Under the pieces are notes generated by a model, which was not told where the DNA came from, ran no database searches, and saw nothing but the letters and a program-made list of their open reading frames with translations. DNA of 64,000 bases from Thermodesulfobacteriota bacterium. GTDB lineage: Bacteria; Desulfobacterota_D; UBA1144; Nemesobacterales; Mycalebacteriaceae. Made by a program: the position numbers and the translations under genes. The stretch spans positions 1 to 64,000 of the forward strand of contig OZ242184.1 in assembly GCA_965205855.1 (NCBI GenBank), in the 5' to 3' direction. Positions 12,201 through 20,113 of this stretch are shown piece by piece. Position 1 is the first letter of the stretch. Every line of letters begins with the position of its first letter.

Positions 12201-15107
12201 TCTGAAACCTACACCCTTACACAGAGCGAGGTGGGACAGAACATCTCCGTTACCGTCACATACACCGATGATGGCAGCACCAACGAGAGCCTTACCAGCG
12301 CTGCCGTCGGGCCGGTGACTAACGCCAATGACCCGCCCATCGGAGTACCGACCATTAACGGCACCGCGACACAGGGAGAGACACTCACGGTGGACACCAC
12401 AGGCATAAGCGATGCCGACGGCCCCAGCACTTTGGACTTCTCCTATCAATGGCTGGCGGATGGAAGTAATATTGACGGTGCTAACTCTGACTCCTACACC
12501 CTTACACAGAGCGAGGTGGGACAGAACATCTCCGTTACCGTCACATACACCGATGCCGGCGGCACCAACGAGAGCCTTACCAGTGATACCGTCGGGCCGG
12601 TGACTAACGCCAATGACCCGCCCATCGGAGTACCGACCATTAACGGCACCGCGACACAGGGAGAGACACTCACGGTGGACACCACAGGCATAAGCGATGC
12701 CGACGGCCCCAGCACTTTGGACTTCTCCTATCAATGGCTGGCGGATGGAAGTAATATTGACGGTGCTAACTCTGACTCCTACACCCTTACACAGAGCGAG
12801 GTGGGACAGAACATCTCCGTTACCGTCACATACACCGATGCCGGCAGCACCAACGAGACCCTTACCAGTGATACCGTCGGGCCGGTGACTAACACCAATG
12901 ACTCTCCCATCGGAGTACCTGTCATTAACGGCACCGCGACACAGGGAGAGACACTCACGGTGGACACCACAGGCATTAGCGACCCTGACGGCCCTGACAC
13001 TTTGACCTTCTCACATCAATGGCTCGCGGATGGAAATAATATTGACGGAGCTAACTCTGAAACCTACACCCTTACACAGAGCGAGGTGGGACAGAGTATC
13101 TCCGTTACCGTCACATACACCGATGCCGGCGGCACCAACGAGAGCCTTACCAGCGCTACCGTCGGGCCGGTGACTAACACCAATGACTCTCCCACCGGAG
13201 TACCTGTCATTAACGGCACACCGACACAGGGCGCGGAACTCACCGCCGACACCACAGGCATAAGCGACCCTGACGGCCCTGACACTTTGACCTTCTCACA
13301 TCAATGGCTCGCAGATGGAAATAATATTGACGGAGCTACCTCTGACTCCTACACCCTTACACAGAGCGAGGTGGGACAGAACATCTCCGTTACCGTCACA
13401 TACACCGATGCCGGCAGCACCAACGAGACCCTTACCAGCGCTACCGTCGGGCCGGTGACTAACGCCAATGACCCGCCCATCGGAGTACCGACCATTAACG
13501 GCACCGCGACACAGGGAGAGACACTCACGGTGGACACCACAGGCATAAGCGACCCTGACGGCCCTGACACTTTGACCTTCTCACATCAATGGCTCGCAGA
13601 TGGAAATAATATTGACGGAGCTACCTCTGACTCCTACACCCTGACACAGAGCGAGGTGGGACAGAACATCTCCGTTACCGTCACATACACCGATGCCGGC
13701 AGCACCAACGAGACCCTTACCAGTGATACCGTCGGGCCGGTGACTAACACCAAGAACAATAACGACGCACCCGTCGCAGTGGCGACGGCGACGCCCAATC
13801 CGGCCATCGAGGGCGATACCGTCACCCTCAACGGCAGTGCCAGTTCCGATCCCAACGGCAATGATGCGGATCTGACCTACCTCTGGGAACAGACCAGCGA
13901 ATCCGATATCAGCCTGAGTTCCACGATGGCAATCTCCCCCACCTTCACCGCGCCAATACGCCAGACGGCGGATGACGCAGAGTTGGTATTTACCCTGACC
14001 GTGACCGATTCGACAGGGCTGTACTCCATCGACACCGTCACCATCACCGTGACGGCGGATGTCTCTGTGCAAAAGACGGTTGAGACCGTCAACCGGTTTA
14101 TGGATACCCGCACCCGGCTCATTCTGGCCAACCAGCCCAATGCTTTGCGCCGGATCAATCGGTTGCAACGCGATGCTGGTGCAGAAGAGCTGAGTTTTGC
14201 CACGGGCGAGATCAACAAACTCATACCCTTTGAGTTTGAACTGAGTAGCCTCGGAACCGGGAATTACAATTTCGCCACCAGCCTGGACCAGGTCACCCGC
14301 GCCGCCAAACACCTGCAAATGATCCAAGGGGAGACAGCCACCCATGAGCGCCGACGCTTTGATGTCTGGGCTGAGGGCAGCTTCTATAAATTCAACGGTA
14401 GCGCTGGCTCTGAAGGTGATTTCGCTCTTATCTATCTGGGGACTGACTATCTGGCCTCTCCGAACCTGCTGGTGGGCGGGGTGCTACAATATGACCAGTT
14501 GAGCGACAGCAACGGTAGCTCCGACATCGAAGGCAAGGGCTGGATGGCCGGACCCTATGTGACCGCACGACTGAAAGAGAACCTCTATGTGGACGCACGT
14601 GTGGCCGGGGGTACCTCCGACAATGAGGTCACTCCGGTGGGCACCTATACGGACAGCTTCACCTCCACCCGCTGGCTGGCAGACATCAGCCTGTCCGGGG
14701 TCTTCACACAAGGTCAATGGACCCTCCAACCCAATGCCGCCCTGTCCTATCTGGCAGACAGGCAGAGTGCCTACACCAACACGCTGGGTGTCACGATTCC
14801 CGGTCAGACGGTCTCCCAGGGGCAATTCAAGGTTGGCCCGACGGTCTCGAGACAGTTCCTGGGAGGCAATGGCTGGCGCTATGAGCCCAAGATCACGCTG
14901 GATGCGATCTACAGCCATGCGAACATCAGTGGTGTCAGTTTAACAACCGCCAGGCAAGAGTATGCCTGGCGGGCGCGGGTGGCCCACGAGCTCAGCATAA
15001 CCAGCCCCGGTGGTATCGGCCTGTCACTCACCGGCATTTATGACGGCATCGGGCAAAGAGAGTTTGAAGCCTGGGGCCTGAGGCTTAATCTGAATATGAA
15101 GTTCTGA
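6216..15107 (+). CDS. Giant autotransporter adhesin (2963 aa): signal peptide, Ig/PKD-like domains, 20 tandem 95-aa repeats, C-terminal beta-barrel
   Basis: N-terminal signal; ADAGPDQ PKD-like and LSGTP Ig-like modules; tandem NDPP...FSYQWLADG...YTLTQ repeats; C-terminal region with DVWAEGS and alternating strands, ending in LNLNMKF (terminal Phe). Confidence 0.88.
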   Translation: MNTIRFCTTIVLVLMISVTGASANHENESGGSPGPPHFITGHVAFTGVLEEDELLTADLSDLEDDDGFGEFVDWEWAYVTDTSYLAIPGATSNTYTLTQQEVGHRMGLEVTHRDPQLGDRRIVSFIPRETVGNVNDPPTGEVTIDGILRENEELMANTSSLADEDGLVGEDGMHVGFFYRWNTRDGNTDTPIPGATLRTYTLTQAEVGKSITVTVDYVDRWTTLESVTSAATAVVRGSTEPVADAGPDQRTVKGTTVTLDGSLSSVPSGDALAYSWTHTNAGITLNGANTASPSFTVPADLVGDLMGEGNLTFILTVTDTGGVESTPDSVDILIRPLFRSTVNDQAYTENVEIANLGLPDARGRGKTYSLIREGSLSDLPGGLTFNASTRTLSGTPDEIGVFNLIYTVTDSDGGTDSLRFRITVINAAPTADAGPDQRVGKGTEVTLDGTGSTTSPPGRTLTYAWTQTRGTTVSLNSPTAAQPTFTVPNVIPTTDPSSLDFSLVVTDGQVSSSNEETVRIFVRPLFRTTIANQTYSEDTAIDNLILPTALERPGDTNTYGLASVPAGLSFDPAARTLSGTPTIPGTFDLTYTATDQDSRTDSLEFSVTVSNANDPPIGVPTINGTATQGEALTVDTTGISDADGPSALDFSYQWLADGSNISGATSATYTLTQNEVGQMITVTVSYTDAGSTDESLTSAAVGPVSNANDPPTGSVTISGTATQGEALTVDTTGISDADGPSALDFSYQWLADGSNISGATSATYTLTQNEVGQMITVTVSYTDAGSTDESLTSAAVGPVSNANDPPIGVPTINGTATQGEALTVDTTGISDADGPSALDFSYQWLADGSNISGATSATYTLTQNEVGQMITVTVSYTDAGSTDESLTSAAVGPVSNANDPPIGVPTINGTATQGEALTVDTTGISDADGPSALDFSYQWLADGSNISGATSATYTLTQNEVGQMITVTVSYTDAGSTDESLTSAAVGPVSNANDPPTGSVTISGTATQGEALTVDTTGISDADGPSALDFSYQWLADGSNISGATSATYTLTQNEVGQMITVTVSYTDAGSTDESLTSAAVGPVSNANDPPTGSVTISGTATQGEALTVDTTGISDADGPSALDFSYQWLADGSNISGATSATYTLTQNEVGQMITVTVSYTDAGSTDESLTSAAVGPVSNANDPPTGSVTISGTATQGEALTVDTTGISDADGPSALDFSYQWLADGSNISGATSATYTLTQNEVGQMITVTVSYTDAGSTDESLTSAAVGPVSNANDPPTGSVTISGTATQGEALTVDTTGISDADGPDTLTFSYQWLADGSNISGATSATYTLTQNEVGQMITVTVSYTDAGSTDESLTSAAVGPVSNANDPPIGVPTINGTPTQGETLTVDTTGISDADGPSTLDFSYQWLADGSNIDGANSETYTLTQSEVGQNISVTVTYTDDGSTNESLTSAAVGPVTNANDPPIGVPTINGTATQGETLTVDTTGISDADGPSTLDFSYQWLADGSNISGATSATYTLTQNEVGQMITVTVSYTDAGSTDESLTSAAVGPVSNANDPPTGSVTISGTATQGEALTVDTTGISDADGPSALDFSYQWLADGSNISGATSATYTLTQNEVGQMITVTVSYTDAGSTDESLTSAAVGPVTNANDPPIGVPTINGTATQGETLTVDTTGISDADGPSTLDFSYQWLADGSNIDGANSDSYTLTQSEVGQNISVTVSYTDAGGTNESLTSAAVGPVSNANDSPTGVPVINGTPTQGAELTADTTGISDPDGPDTLTFSHQWLADGNNIDGANSETYTLTQSEVGQNISVTVTYTDDGSTNESLTSAAVGPVTNANDPPIGVPTINGTATQGETLTVDTTGISDADGPDTLTFSYQWLADGNNIDGANSETYTLTQSEVGQNISVTVTYTDDGSTNESLTSAAVGPVTNANDPPIGVPTINGTATQGETLTVDTTGISDADGPDTLTFSYQWLADGNNIDGANSETYTLTQSEVGQNISVTVTYTDDGSTNESLTSAAVGPVTNANDPPIGVPTINGTATQGETLTVDTTGISDADGPSTLDFSYQWLADGSNIDGANSDSYTLTQSEVGQNISVTVTYTDAGGTNESLTSDTVGPVTNANDPPIGVPTINGTATQGETLTVDTTGISDADGPSTLDFSYQWLADGSNIDGANSDSYTLTQSEVGQNISVTVTYTDAGSTNETLTSDTVGPVTNTNDSPIGVPVINGTATQGETLTVDTTGISDPDGPDTLTFSHQWLADGNNIDGANSETYTLTQSEVGQSISVTVTYTDAGGTNESLTSATVGPVTNTNDSPTGVPVINGTPTQGAELTADTTGISDPDGPDTLTFSHQWLADGNNIDGATSDSYTLTQSEVGQNISVTVTYTDAGSTNETLTSATVGPVTNANDPPIGVPTINGTATQGETLTVDTTGISDPDGPDTLTFSHQWLADGNNIDGATSDSYTLTQSEVGQNISVTVTYTDAGSTNETLTSDTVGPVTNTKNNNDAPVAVATATPNPAIEGDTVTLNGSASSDPNGNDADLTYLWEQTSESDISLSSTMAISPTFTAPIRQTADDAELVFTLTVTDSTGLYSIDTVTITVTADVSVQKTVETVNRFMDTRTRLILANQPNALRRINRLQRDAGAEELSFATGEINKLIPFEFELSSLGTGNYNFATSLDQVTRAAKHLQMIQGETATHERRRFDVWAEGSFYKFNGSAGSEGDFALIYLGTDYLASPNLLVGGVLQYDQLSDSNGSSDIEGKGWMAGPYVTARLKENLYVDARVAGGTSDNEVTPVGTYTDSFTSTRWLADISLSGVFTQGQWTLQPNAALSYLADRQSAYTNTLGVTIPGQTVSQGQFKVGPTVSRQFLGGNGWRYEPKITLDAIYSHANISGVSLTTARQEYAWRARVAHELSITSPGGIGLSLTGIYDGIGQREFEAWGLRLNLNMKF
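8041..13740 (+). repeat. 20 x 285-bp intragenic tandem repeat
   Basis: The same phase (T-AGC/ACT-AAC-GCC-AAT-GAC) recurs at 8041, 9181, 10321, 11461 and 12601, and the array ends at 13741. The spacing is 1140 = 4 x 285, giving 20 units. Confidence 0.95.
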
Positions 15108-15502
15108 GCCGCCCCAGGTTTAACGCCACGAGCAGATTGGCTGGTAAGCGTCAAAGGAAGCCCCTCGTTAATCTGATTCGGTCAATCCTGCGGACGCCAG
15201 ATGCAGTGATTACCAGTGCTGTAGCCACAACGGATTATTTGAAAATCATCAATTAATACAAGGAATATCCACATTAATTCTCCCACCCGGAATGCAGTGG
15301 ATTTTTGAGAATGGTGAAATGCCTATACCCAAATCAGTGCAAAACCCAACCCCTTTCATACCTTTACGAAGAGGACCAACCAGCTAAGCCGCGGGTGCAG
15401 TTTGAACCATCTGCCGTGTAATCTGATTGCTTTATTTGTTCTAACTTTGAGTTATTTATTTGAAATATTGGCATGTCTATTCCTCCTATAATAATGAAAA
15501 AT

Positions 15503-17197
15503 TCAGTTTTTCATCTTCTCCTTCATCGGCTCTGTAATAAAATAAGTCGCCGGACTTATCGCGTCCGGATCAGTGCGAACATTCACAACCGAGGGTTTGC
15601 CGCAGTCAAGGGCACGCGCAATAGCCCCTTCAAGTTCCGAATATTCCGACACAAATTCGCCCTTCCCGCCCATCGCTTCGGCGATTTTATGAAACTCAAA
15701 CTCTCCGAGCATAACGCCGTCAAACGGCGTTTTTTCCCCGTATGTAATGCGCAGCTGATTCTTCGTCATTCCCCATGCGGCGTCGTTACAGACAATTATA
15801 ACAACCGGCAGATTGTGTCTTATCGCCGTATCAAACTCCATAAAATTTATTCCGAGAGCACCGTCTCCGGTTATTAAAACAACGGGCTTTTCCGGACGTG
15901 CCGCTTTTGCTCCGAGTGCAAAAGGCAAACCAACTCCCATGCAGCCGAGCGGACCGCCTTTGACATATCCTCCCAGAATTTCCACGCGGCAGGCCGCGTC
16001 CGTCCATGCCTGACAGTCTCCTCCGTCGGGAACAAAAACCGTTTCCTTAGGGACGATTTTATTTACAGCTTCAACAACCGAGACCGGATGAATTTTGCCT
16101 TTTTTTGTCGAGTTGTTTTTTTCGCGGAAAAACAACCGCGATTTTTTTTCGGAAATCTTTTTTATTTCCGAAGTCCACTTGTGAAAATCGAGGACAGACT
16201 TTTTCAACTCCCGGTTTAATTTTTTCAGAGCCGCCCCGACATCGCCCACGACCGGAATATCAATATTTCCGTTTCTGCCGATTTCCTCGGGGTCTATGTC
16301 AATCTGCGCCTTTTTGGCTTTTTTATTGAAGCTTTTTCCAAAACCCATGAAGATTCCCGCGCGAACCCCGGCAAACAAAACAAAATCCGCCTTAGCAGAC
16401 GCCTCCAGAAAACCGAAAGGAGACGAAGGGCTTGCCGCGCCGAAACAAAACGGGGACGAATCCGCAATCGCCCCTCTGCCAAGATTCAGAGTAAAAACCG
16501 GAGCGCGGACAATTTCTGAAAATTTCAATAATTCGTCCCGGGCATTTGAATAAAACACCCCGCTTCCTGCGACAAAAACCGGCTTTTTTGCAGACCGTAT
16601 GTTTTCCGCGATTTCCCTTATCGCCTCATCGGACGGTTCGGGGTTTTCAATTTCTGAAAAATCGGGTCTCTCAACATCGGCTTCGGCACAGAAGGGATAA
16701 GTAACCTCGTAGGACATTCCCAGATAAACCGGACCCGGCCTGCCGGTTTTTGACGCGCGCCACGCATCTGTCATATAACGCGGAATTCTTGCGGCCTCAT
16801 AAACCGTTCTAACCCACTTCGCCACGGGAAGAGCGAGCGCCTCCTGATTGATTTCCTGCAATGAAAGCCGGTCATTTTCCTCTATTCCCGACCTGCCGGA
16901 AATCACAACAAGCGGGGAATTCGCAAGACGGGACAACGCCATTGCCGTGAGAGCGTTTGTGAACCCCGCCCCCGCGGTTACAAGACACACCGCCGGTTTT
17001 CCGGTTGAACGGGAGTAAGCGTCCGCCGCCATCGCCGCGCCCTGCTCATGGTGAGTGTCAAGAAGCCGTATCCCCAAATCCGAGCAAGCCTTGAAAATTG
17101 GATTGATATGCCCGCCGCCGAGCGTGAACACATCCTTTACGCCGAGTTTTTTGAGGGTTTCGGCAAGCAGCAAGCCTCCCTGTTTTGTATTCGCCAT
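15503..17197 (-). CDS. Thiamine pyrophosphate-dependent enzyme (acetolactate synthase-like / 2-hydroxyacyl-CoA lyase-like)
   Basis: HEQGAAMAADAY, GCMGVGLPFALGAK and GDGA...CNDAAWG TPP-binding motif. Confidence 0.85.
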   Translation of the reverse strand: MANTKQGGLLLAETLKKLGVKDVFTLGGGHINPIFKACSDLGIRLLDTHHEQGAAMAADAYSRSTGKPAVCLVTAGAGFTNALTAMALSRLANSPLVVISGRSGIEENDRLSLQEINQEALALPVAKWVRTVYEAARIPRYMTDAWRASKTGRPGPVYLGMSYEVTYPFCAEADVERPDFSEIENPEPSDEAIREIAENIRSAKKPVFVAGSGVFYSNARDELLKFSEIVRAPVFTLNLGRGAIADSSPFCFGAASPSSPFGFLEASAKADFVLFAGVRAGIFMGFGKSFNKKAKKAQIDIDPEEIGRNGNIDIPVVGDVGAALKKLNRELKKSVLDFHKWTSEIKKISEKKSRLFFREKNNSTKKGKIHPVSVVEAVNKIVPKETVFVPDGGDCQAWTDAACRVEILGGYVKGGPLGCMGVGLPFALGAKAARPEKPVVLITGDGALGINFMEFDTAIRHNLPVVIIVCNDAAWGMTKNQLRITYGEKTPFDGVMLGEFEFHKIAEAMGGKGEFVSEYSELEGAIARALDCGKPSVVNVRTDPDAISPATYFITEPMKEKMKN

Positions 17198-17264
17198 TAC
17201 GGAGTAATTGTACAGAAAGACAGGAACATTGGCAGTAAAAACCGGCGGATAAATTCAAAAAAAC

Positions 17265-17292
17265 CTTGAAACGGGGCAAGCCGTTCCTATAT
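17265..17292 (+). promoter_or_regulatory. RpoH (sigma32)-type heat-shock promoter
   Basis: CTTGAA-N15-CCTATAT directly upstream of the Hsp20 gene. Confidence 0.6.
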
Positions 17293-17326
17293 TGAAGATG
17301 TAGTCGGCAAAAAGGAGGTAGCTGAA

Positions 17327-17743
17327 ATGACAATAAAAAAATTAAGACTTCTGGAGCCTTTTGACATGCTGAGGGAATTTGAAAATGTGTTTCAACCCCG
17401 TGCAGAGGAAAGCGCTCCGGTTCCGAGGACGGATATAGCCGAAACGGACAAAGGATATGAAATAAGCCTTGAGGTTTCGGGCGTTGACAAAAACGACCTG
17501 TCCCTTGAGGTAAAAAACAATGTCCTCAACGTAAACGGCGAGAAGAAGTTCGGGAAAAGCAATGAGGGGAAAAACTACATAGCCACCGAAAGGGTCTATG
17601 GAAAGTTCACCCGGAGATTCCGGCTTCCCGAAAATGCGGATGAAGACGGCATAAAAGCCGATTCCAAAAACGGCGTGCTACGCATCATCATCCCGAAGAT
17701 GGAACCCAAAGAGGAAAAATTCCTCAGAATTGAAGTCAGGTAG
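17327..17743 (+). CDS. Small heat-shock protein Hsp20
   Basis: PRTDIAET, ERVYGKFTRRFRLP and NGVLRIIIPK alpha-crystallin motifs; AGGAGG RBS. Confidence 0.93.
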   Translation: MTIKKLRLLEPFDMLREFENVFQPRAEESAPVPRTDIAETDKGYEISLEVSGVDKNDLSLEVKNNVLNVNGEKKFGKSNEGKNYIATERVYGKFTRRFRLPENADEDGIKADSKNGVLRIIIPKMEPKEEKFLRIEVR

Positions 17744-17763
17744 CGGTAAAACCGCAAAATTAA

Positions 17764-17807
17764 AAAAAGCGCTTCCGCCGGCAAACTGGCGGGGCGCTTT
17801 TTATTTT
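17764..17807. terminator. Rho-independent terminator, bidirectional
   Basis: AAAAAGCGCTTCCGCCGG-CAAA-CTGGCGGGGCGCTTTTT. Confidence 0.75.
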
Positions 17808-18698
17808 CTAAGGTTCTATTCCAAGCTCCTTTCTAATTTTTACGTCGGGCGGGGTATTTTTCGCCCAGTAGTCGGAAAATATGGTTTTTTTCCTTTGTGC
17901 CGTGGTTTCAAGTGTTTTCTCCCCGTCCCCGCGTCCGCTTTTGTAAACCTCGCGCCATGAAATTATCTTATGCGGAAACTCACTCTCAAAATCCGTTTCA
18001 AAAACCCTCTGCGTACTGGGAAAAACAAGCGAGTATCTGATGACTCCCTCACGCGGGTTTGAAATTTTCGCATCTGCAATTTCCGCACCGAAACCGGTGT
18101 GGTGGAGACGGCTTATCAAAAGACCCGGAACAATTTTGATTCTGCCAGTGGGAAGCGACGACGGGTCAATTCTCGCGCGCGTCCAGATTTCATCCTCAAG
18201 AATGGAGCCGTCCGTGCGGAAATTCCGGTCTCCTTCGCTTTGAAAATATGAAAGTGATTTTCCCTCGTATTTTTTGCCCGAAAGGTTGAGCTGGGTAAAA
18301 ACATGCCCGCACCACTCCTGCGATGAAAGAGTAACCTTGAGGGAGCGTAAATCGTCTCTGGAAACGGGCGTAAAAACCGAAGACATGGTTGAATATCTGT
18401 AAACGCCCGTATTGAACTTTTTGATAAAATTCATTTTGAGAACCTTTACGGCATCCTTTCCCGCGCGCGCAGGGTCGTCCAGTTTTACATGCTTTGAGCG
18501 GGAAAAATCTTCCGTAACAAAGACCAGAACCGCGTATCCCGGATTGTTATTGCCGTAACGCGCCTGGTTGAGTTCGTAACTCGTTATTTCCGCTTTGCCC
18601 GCATACCAGTATTTCTTAAACTGTTCGGTCTCGCCGGCCGAAGACCACGCGACGGGGAGAAAACACAGAAAGAAAAGCGCGAGAACTCGTATGTTCAT
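17808..18698 (-). CDS. Exported conserved hypothetical protein
   Basis: True start taken at MNIRVLALFFLCFLPVAWSSA (signal peptide); conserved-looking YWYAGKAEITSYEL and SSQEWCGHVF blocks. The longer ORF start in the track overlaps rpmG. Confidence 0.7.
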   Translation of the reverse strand: MNIRVLALFFLCFLPVAWSSAGETEQFKKYWYAGKAEITSYELNQARYGNNNPGYAVLVFVTEDFSRSKHVKLDDPARAGKDAVKVLKMNFIKKFNTGVYRYSTMSSVFTPVSRDDLRSLKVTLSSQEWCGHVFTQLNLSGKKYEGKSLSYFQSEGDRNFRTDGSILEDEIWTRARIDPSSLPTGRIKIVPGLLISRLHHTGFGAEIADAKISNPREGVIRYSLVFPSTQRVFETDFESEFPHKIISWREVYKSGRGDGEKTLETTAQRKKTIFSDYWAKNTPPDVKIRKELGIEP

Positions 18699-18788
18699 AA
18701 CGCAGATAGCATAACTGAAGTTTTCTTGAAATCCCCGCGGGGAGTTGTTATATTCCCGTTGTCTTCTGACACGAGGCAGGGCTGAGAC

Positions 18789-18950
18789 ATGGGAAAACAG
18801 GGAAACAGGTTCATGGTGAAGATAAAAAGCACCGAGAGCCACCACATCTACTACACGGAGAAAAACAAGGTGAACACCGAGGAGCGTCTTGAGCTCAAAA
18901 AGTTTGACCCGGTCGTGAGAAAGCATGTGCTTTACAAGGAGACCAAATAA
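18789..18950 (+). CDS. rpmG: 50S ribosomal protein L33 (Cys-free form)
   Basis: Translated by hand: [53 protein letters not shown]; the stop overlaps the rpmB start (TAATG). Confidence 0.93.
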   Translation: MGKQGNRFMVKIKSTESHHIYYTEKNKVNTEERLELKKFDPVVRKHVLYKETK

Positions 18951-19192
18951 TGGCTCGCAGATGCGCAATCACGGGGAAAAAGCCGCTTTCCGGAAACCAT
19001 GTTTCCCATGCGAACAACAAGACAAGAAGGCGCCAGTTGCCCAACCTTCAGACCAAAAGGATGTATGTTCCAGAACTGGGCAAATTTGTGAGAATCAAAC
19101 TCTCCACGCGCGCGCTCAGAACCGTTGACAAAAAGGGTCTTTTGGCTTTTCTCAGAGACAAGGGACTTGCCCTGAAAGATGTCGCAAGATAG
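18950..19192 (+). CDS. rpmB: 50S ribosomal protein L28
   Basis: [34 protein letters not shown]. Confidence 0.96.
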   Translation: MARRCAITGKKPLSGNHVSHANNKTRRRQLPNLQTKRMYVPELGKFVRIKLSTRALRTVDKKGLLAFLRDKGLALKDVAR

Positions 19193-19204
19193 TCCCCGTG
19201 TCTC

Positions 19205-20113
19205 CTAAACCAGATAGATTAGTATGTTCGGCAGAACAAAGAAAGACACCGCCGTGCCAACGGCGATGACCGAGGCGACTTTGTCTGGCTCGGCACCGTA
19301 TTTTTCGGCAAGCACAAGGCATGTAACCGCGGTCGGCATCGCGGACTGAAGAATCATAACCTTCTCTTCAAGCGGTGAGACTCCGAAAAACGGAATAAGT
19401 GCAAGCGCGGCAAAAAAGCCAAGCACAATACGTGAAAATCCGAAAAGGGAAGAAACCCAAAAGCCCGAAACGGAGAGTTGCGAAAGCCGGTATCCGAGAA
19501 TGAACATCATACCGGGAACCGCAATCTCTCCGAGAAGCGAAACCCCCCTGTCTAGAAAAAGCGGAAGTTCATACCCGCCGAAACTCACCCATATTCCCCC
19601 GACAGCGGAATAGACAAGCGGAAGTTTGAAAACCTCCGAAACCGCCCCGCGTGGACTTACAAGCGCGACTCCGAGAGTGTAGTGAAGAAGCGCCATTGCC
19701 ACCATGCAGACAATGGCAACCTGCAAACCCTCGGCGCCAAACGCAAACAGAGCCAGCGGCAAACCCATATTTCCATTGTTGGCAAAGATAAGAGTGGGAA
19801 CATAGACGGGACGCGAAAGTTTGAACAACTTGGCAAAAAGCATGCCAACCACGAGGCACAGCACGGAAATGCAGGCAAAAAATATAAATATGCGCACCAC
19901 GGACTCAAAGGACATAGGTGAGTGGGCGAAAGACGAAAAAATCAGGCACGGAGCCGCAATATACAGAACAAGGTCGTTAATCGGCGAAATCTCAATACGT
20001 TTTATCCTCCCGAACAGAAAACCCACCGCGATTATAAGAAAAACCGGCAGCACTATGTGCGCAATTCCCGCGTCCGCTATCTCAATCCTGAGCGGGAAAT
20101 GAAAATCCGGCAT
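19205..20113 (-). CDS. AEC (auxin efflux carrier) family transporter
   Basis: Multi-TM protein with NNGNMGLPL and QSAMPTAV motifs. Confidence 0.87.
   Translation of the reverse strand: MPDFHFPLRIEIADAGIAHIVLPVFLIIAVGFLFGRIKRIEISPINDLVLYIAAPCLIFSSFAHSPMSFESVVRIFIFFACISVLCLVVGMLFAKLFKLSRPVYVPTLIFANNGNMGLPLALFAFGAEGLQVAIVCMVAMALLHYTLGVALVSPRGAVSEVFKLPLVYSAVGGIWVSFGGYELPLFLDRGVSLLGEIAVPGMMFILGYRLSQLSVSGFWVSSLFGFSRIVLGFFAALALIPFFGVSPLEEKVMILQSAMPTAVTCLVLAEKYGAEPDKVASVIAVGTAVSFFVLPNILIYLV

Noticed and set aside
8041-13740. Tandem array as a CRISPR or other non-coding repeat array
   Set aside because: Units are 285 bp, in frame, with no unique spacers; it is a coding repeat.
10161-14943. Numerous repeated 63-254 aa ORFs on other frames and strands
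   Set aside because: Shadows of the adhesin repeat; they recur with the 285-bp period and overlap a clear CDS.
15108-15502. Spacer after the adhesin as an IS end or ncRNA
   Set aside because: No convincing inverted repeats, ORF or leader core motif found by eye.
18741-18760. Possible Zur box upstream of rpmG
   Set aside because: Only a TGTTATA half-site is present, which is also explained as a -10 element.
18699-18968. N-terminal extension of the 386-aa minus-strand ORF
   Set aside because: It overlaps rpmG on the opposite strand; the real start with a signal peptide is at 18698.
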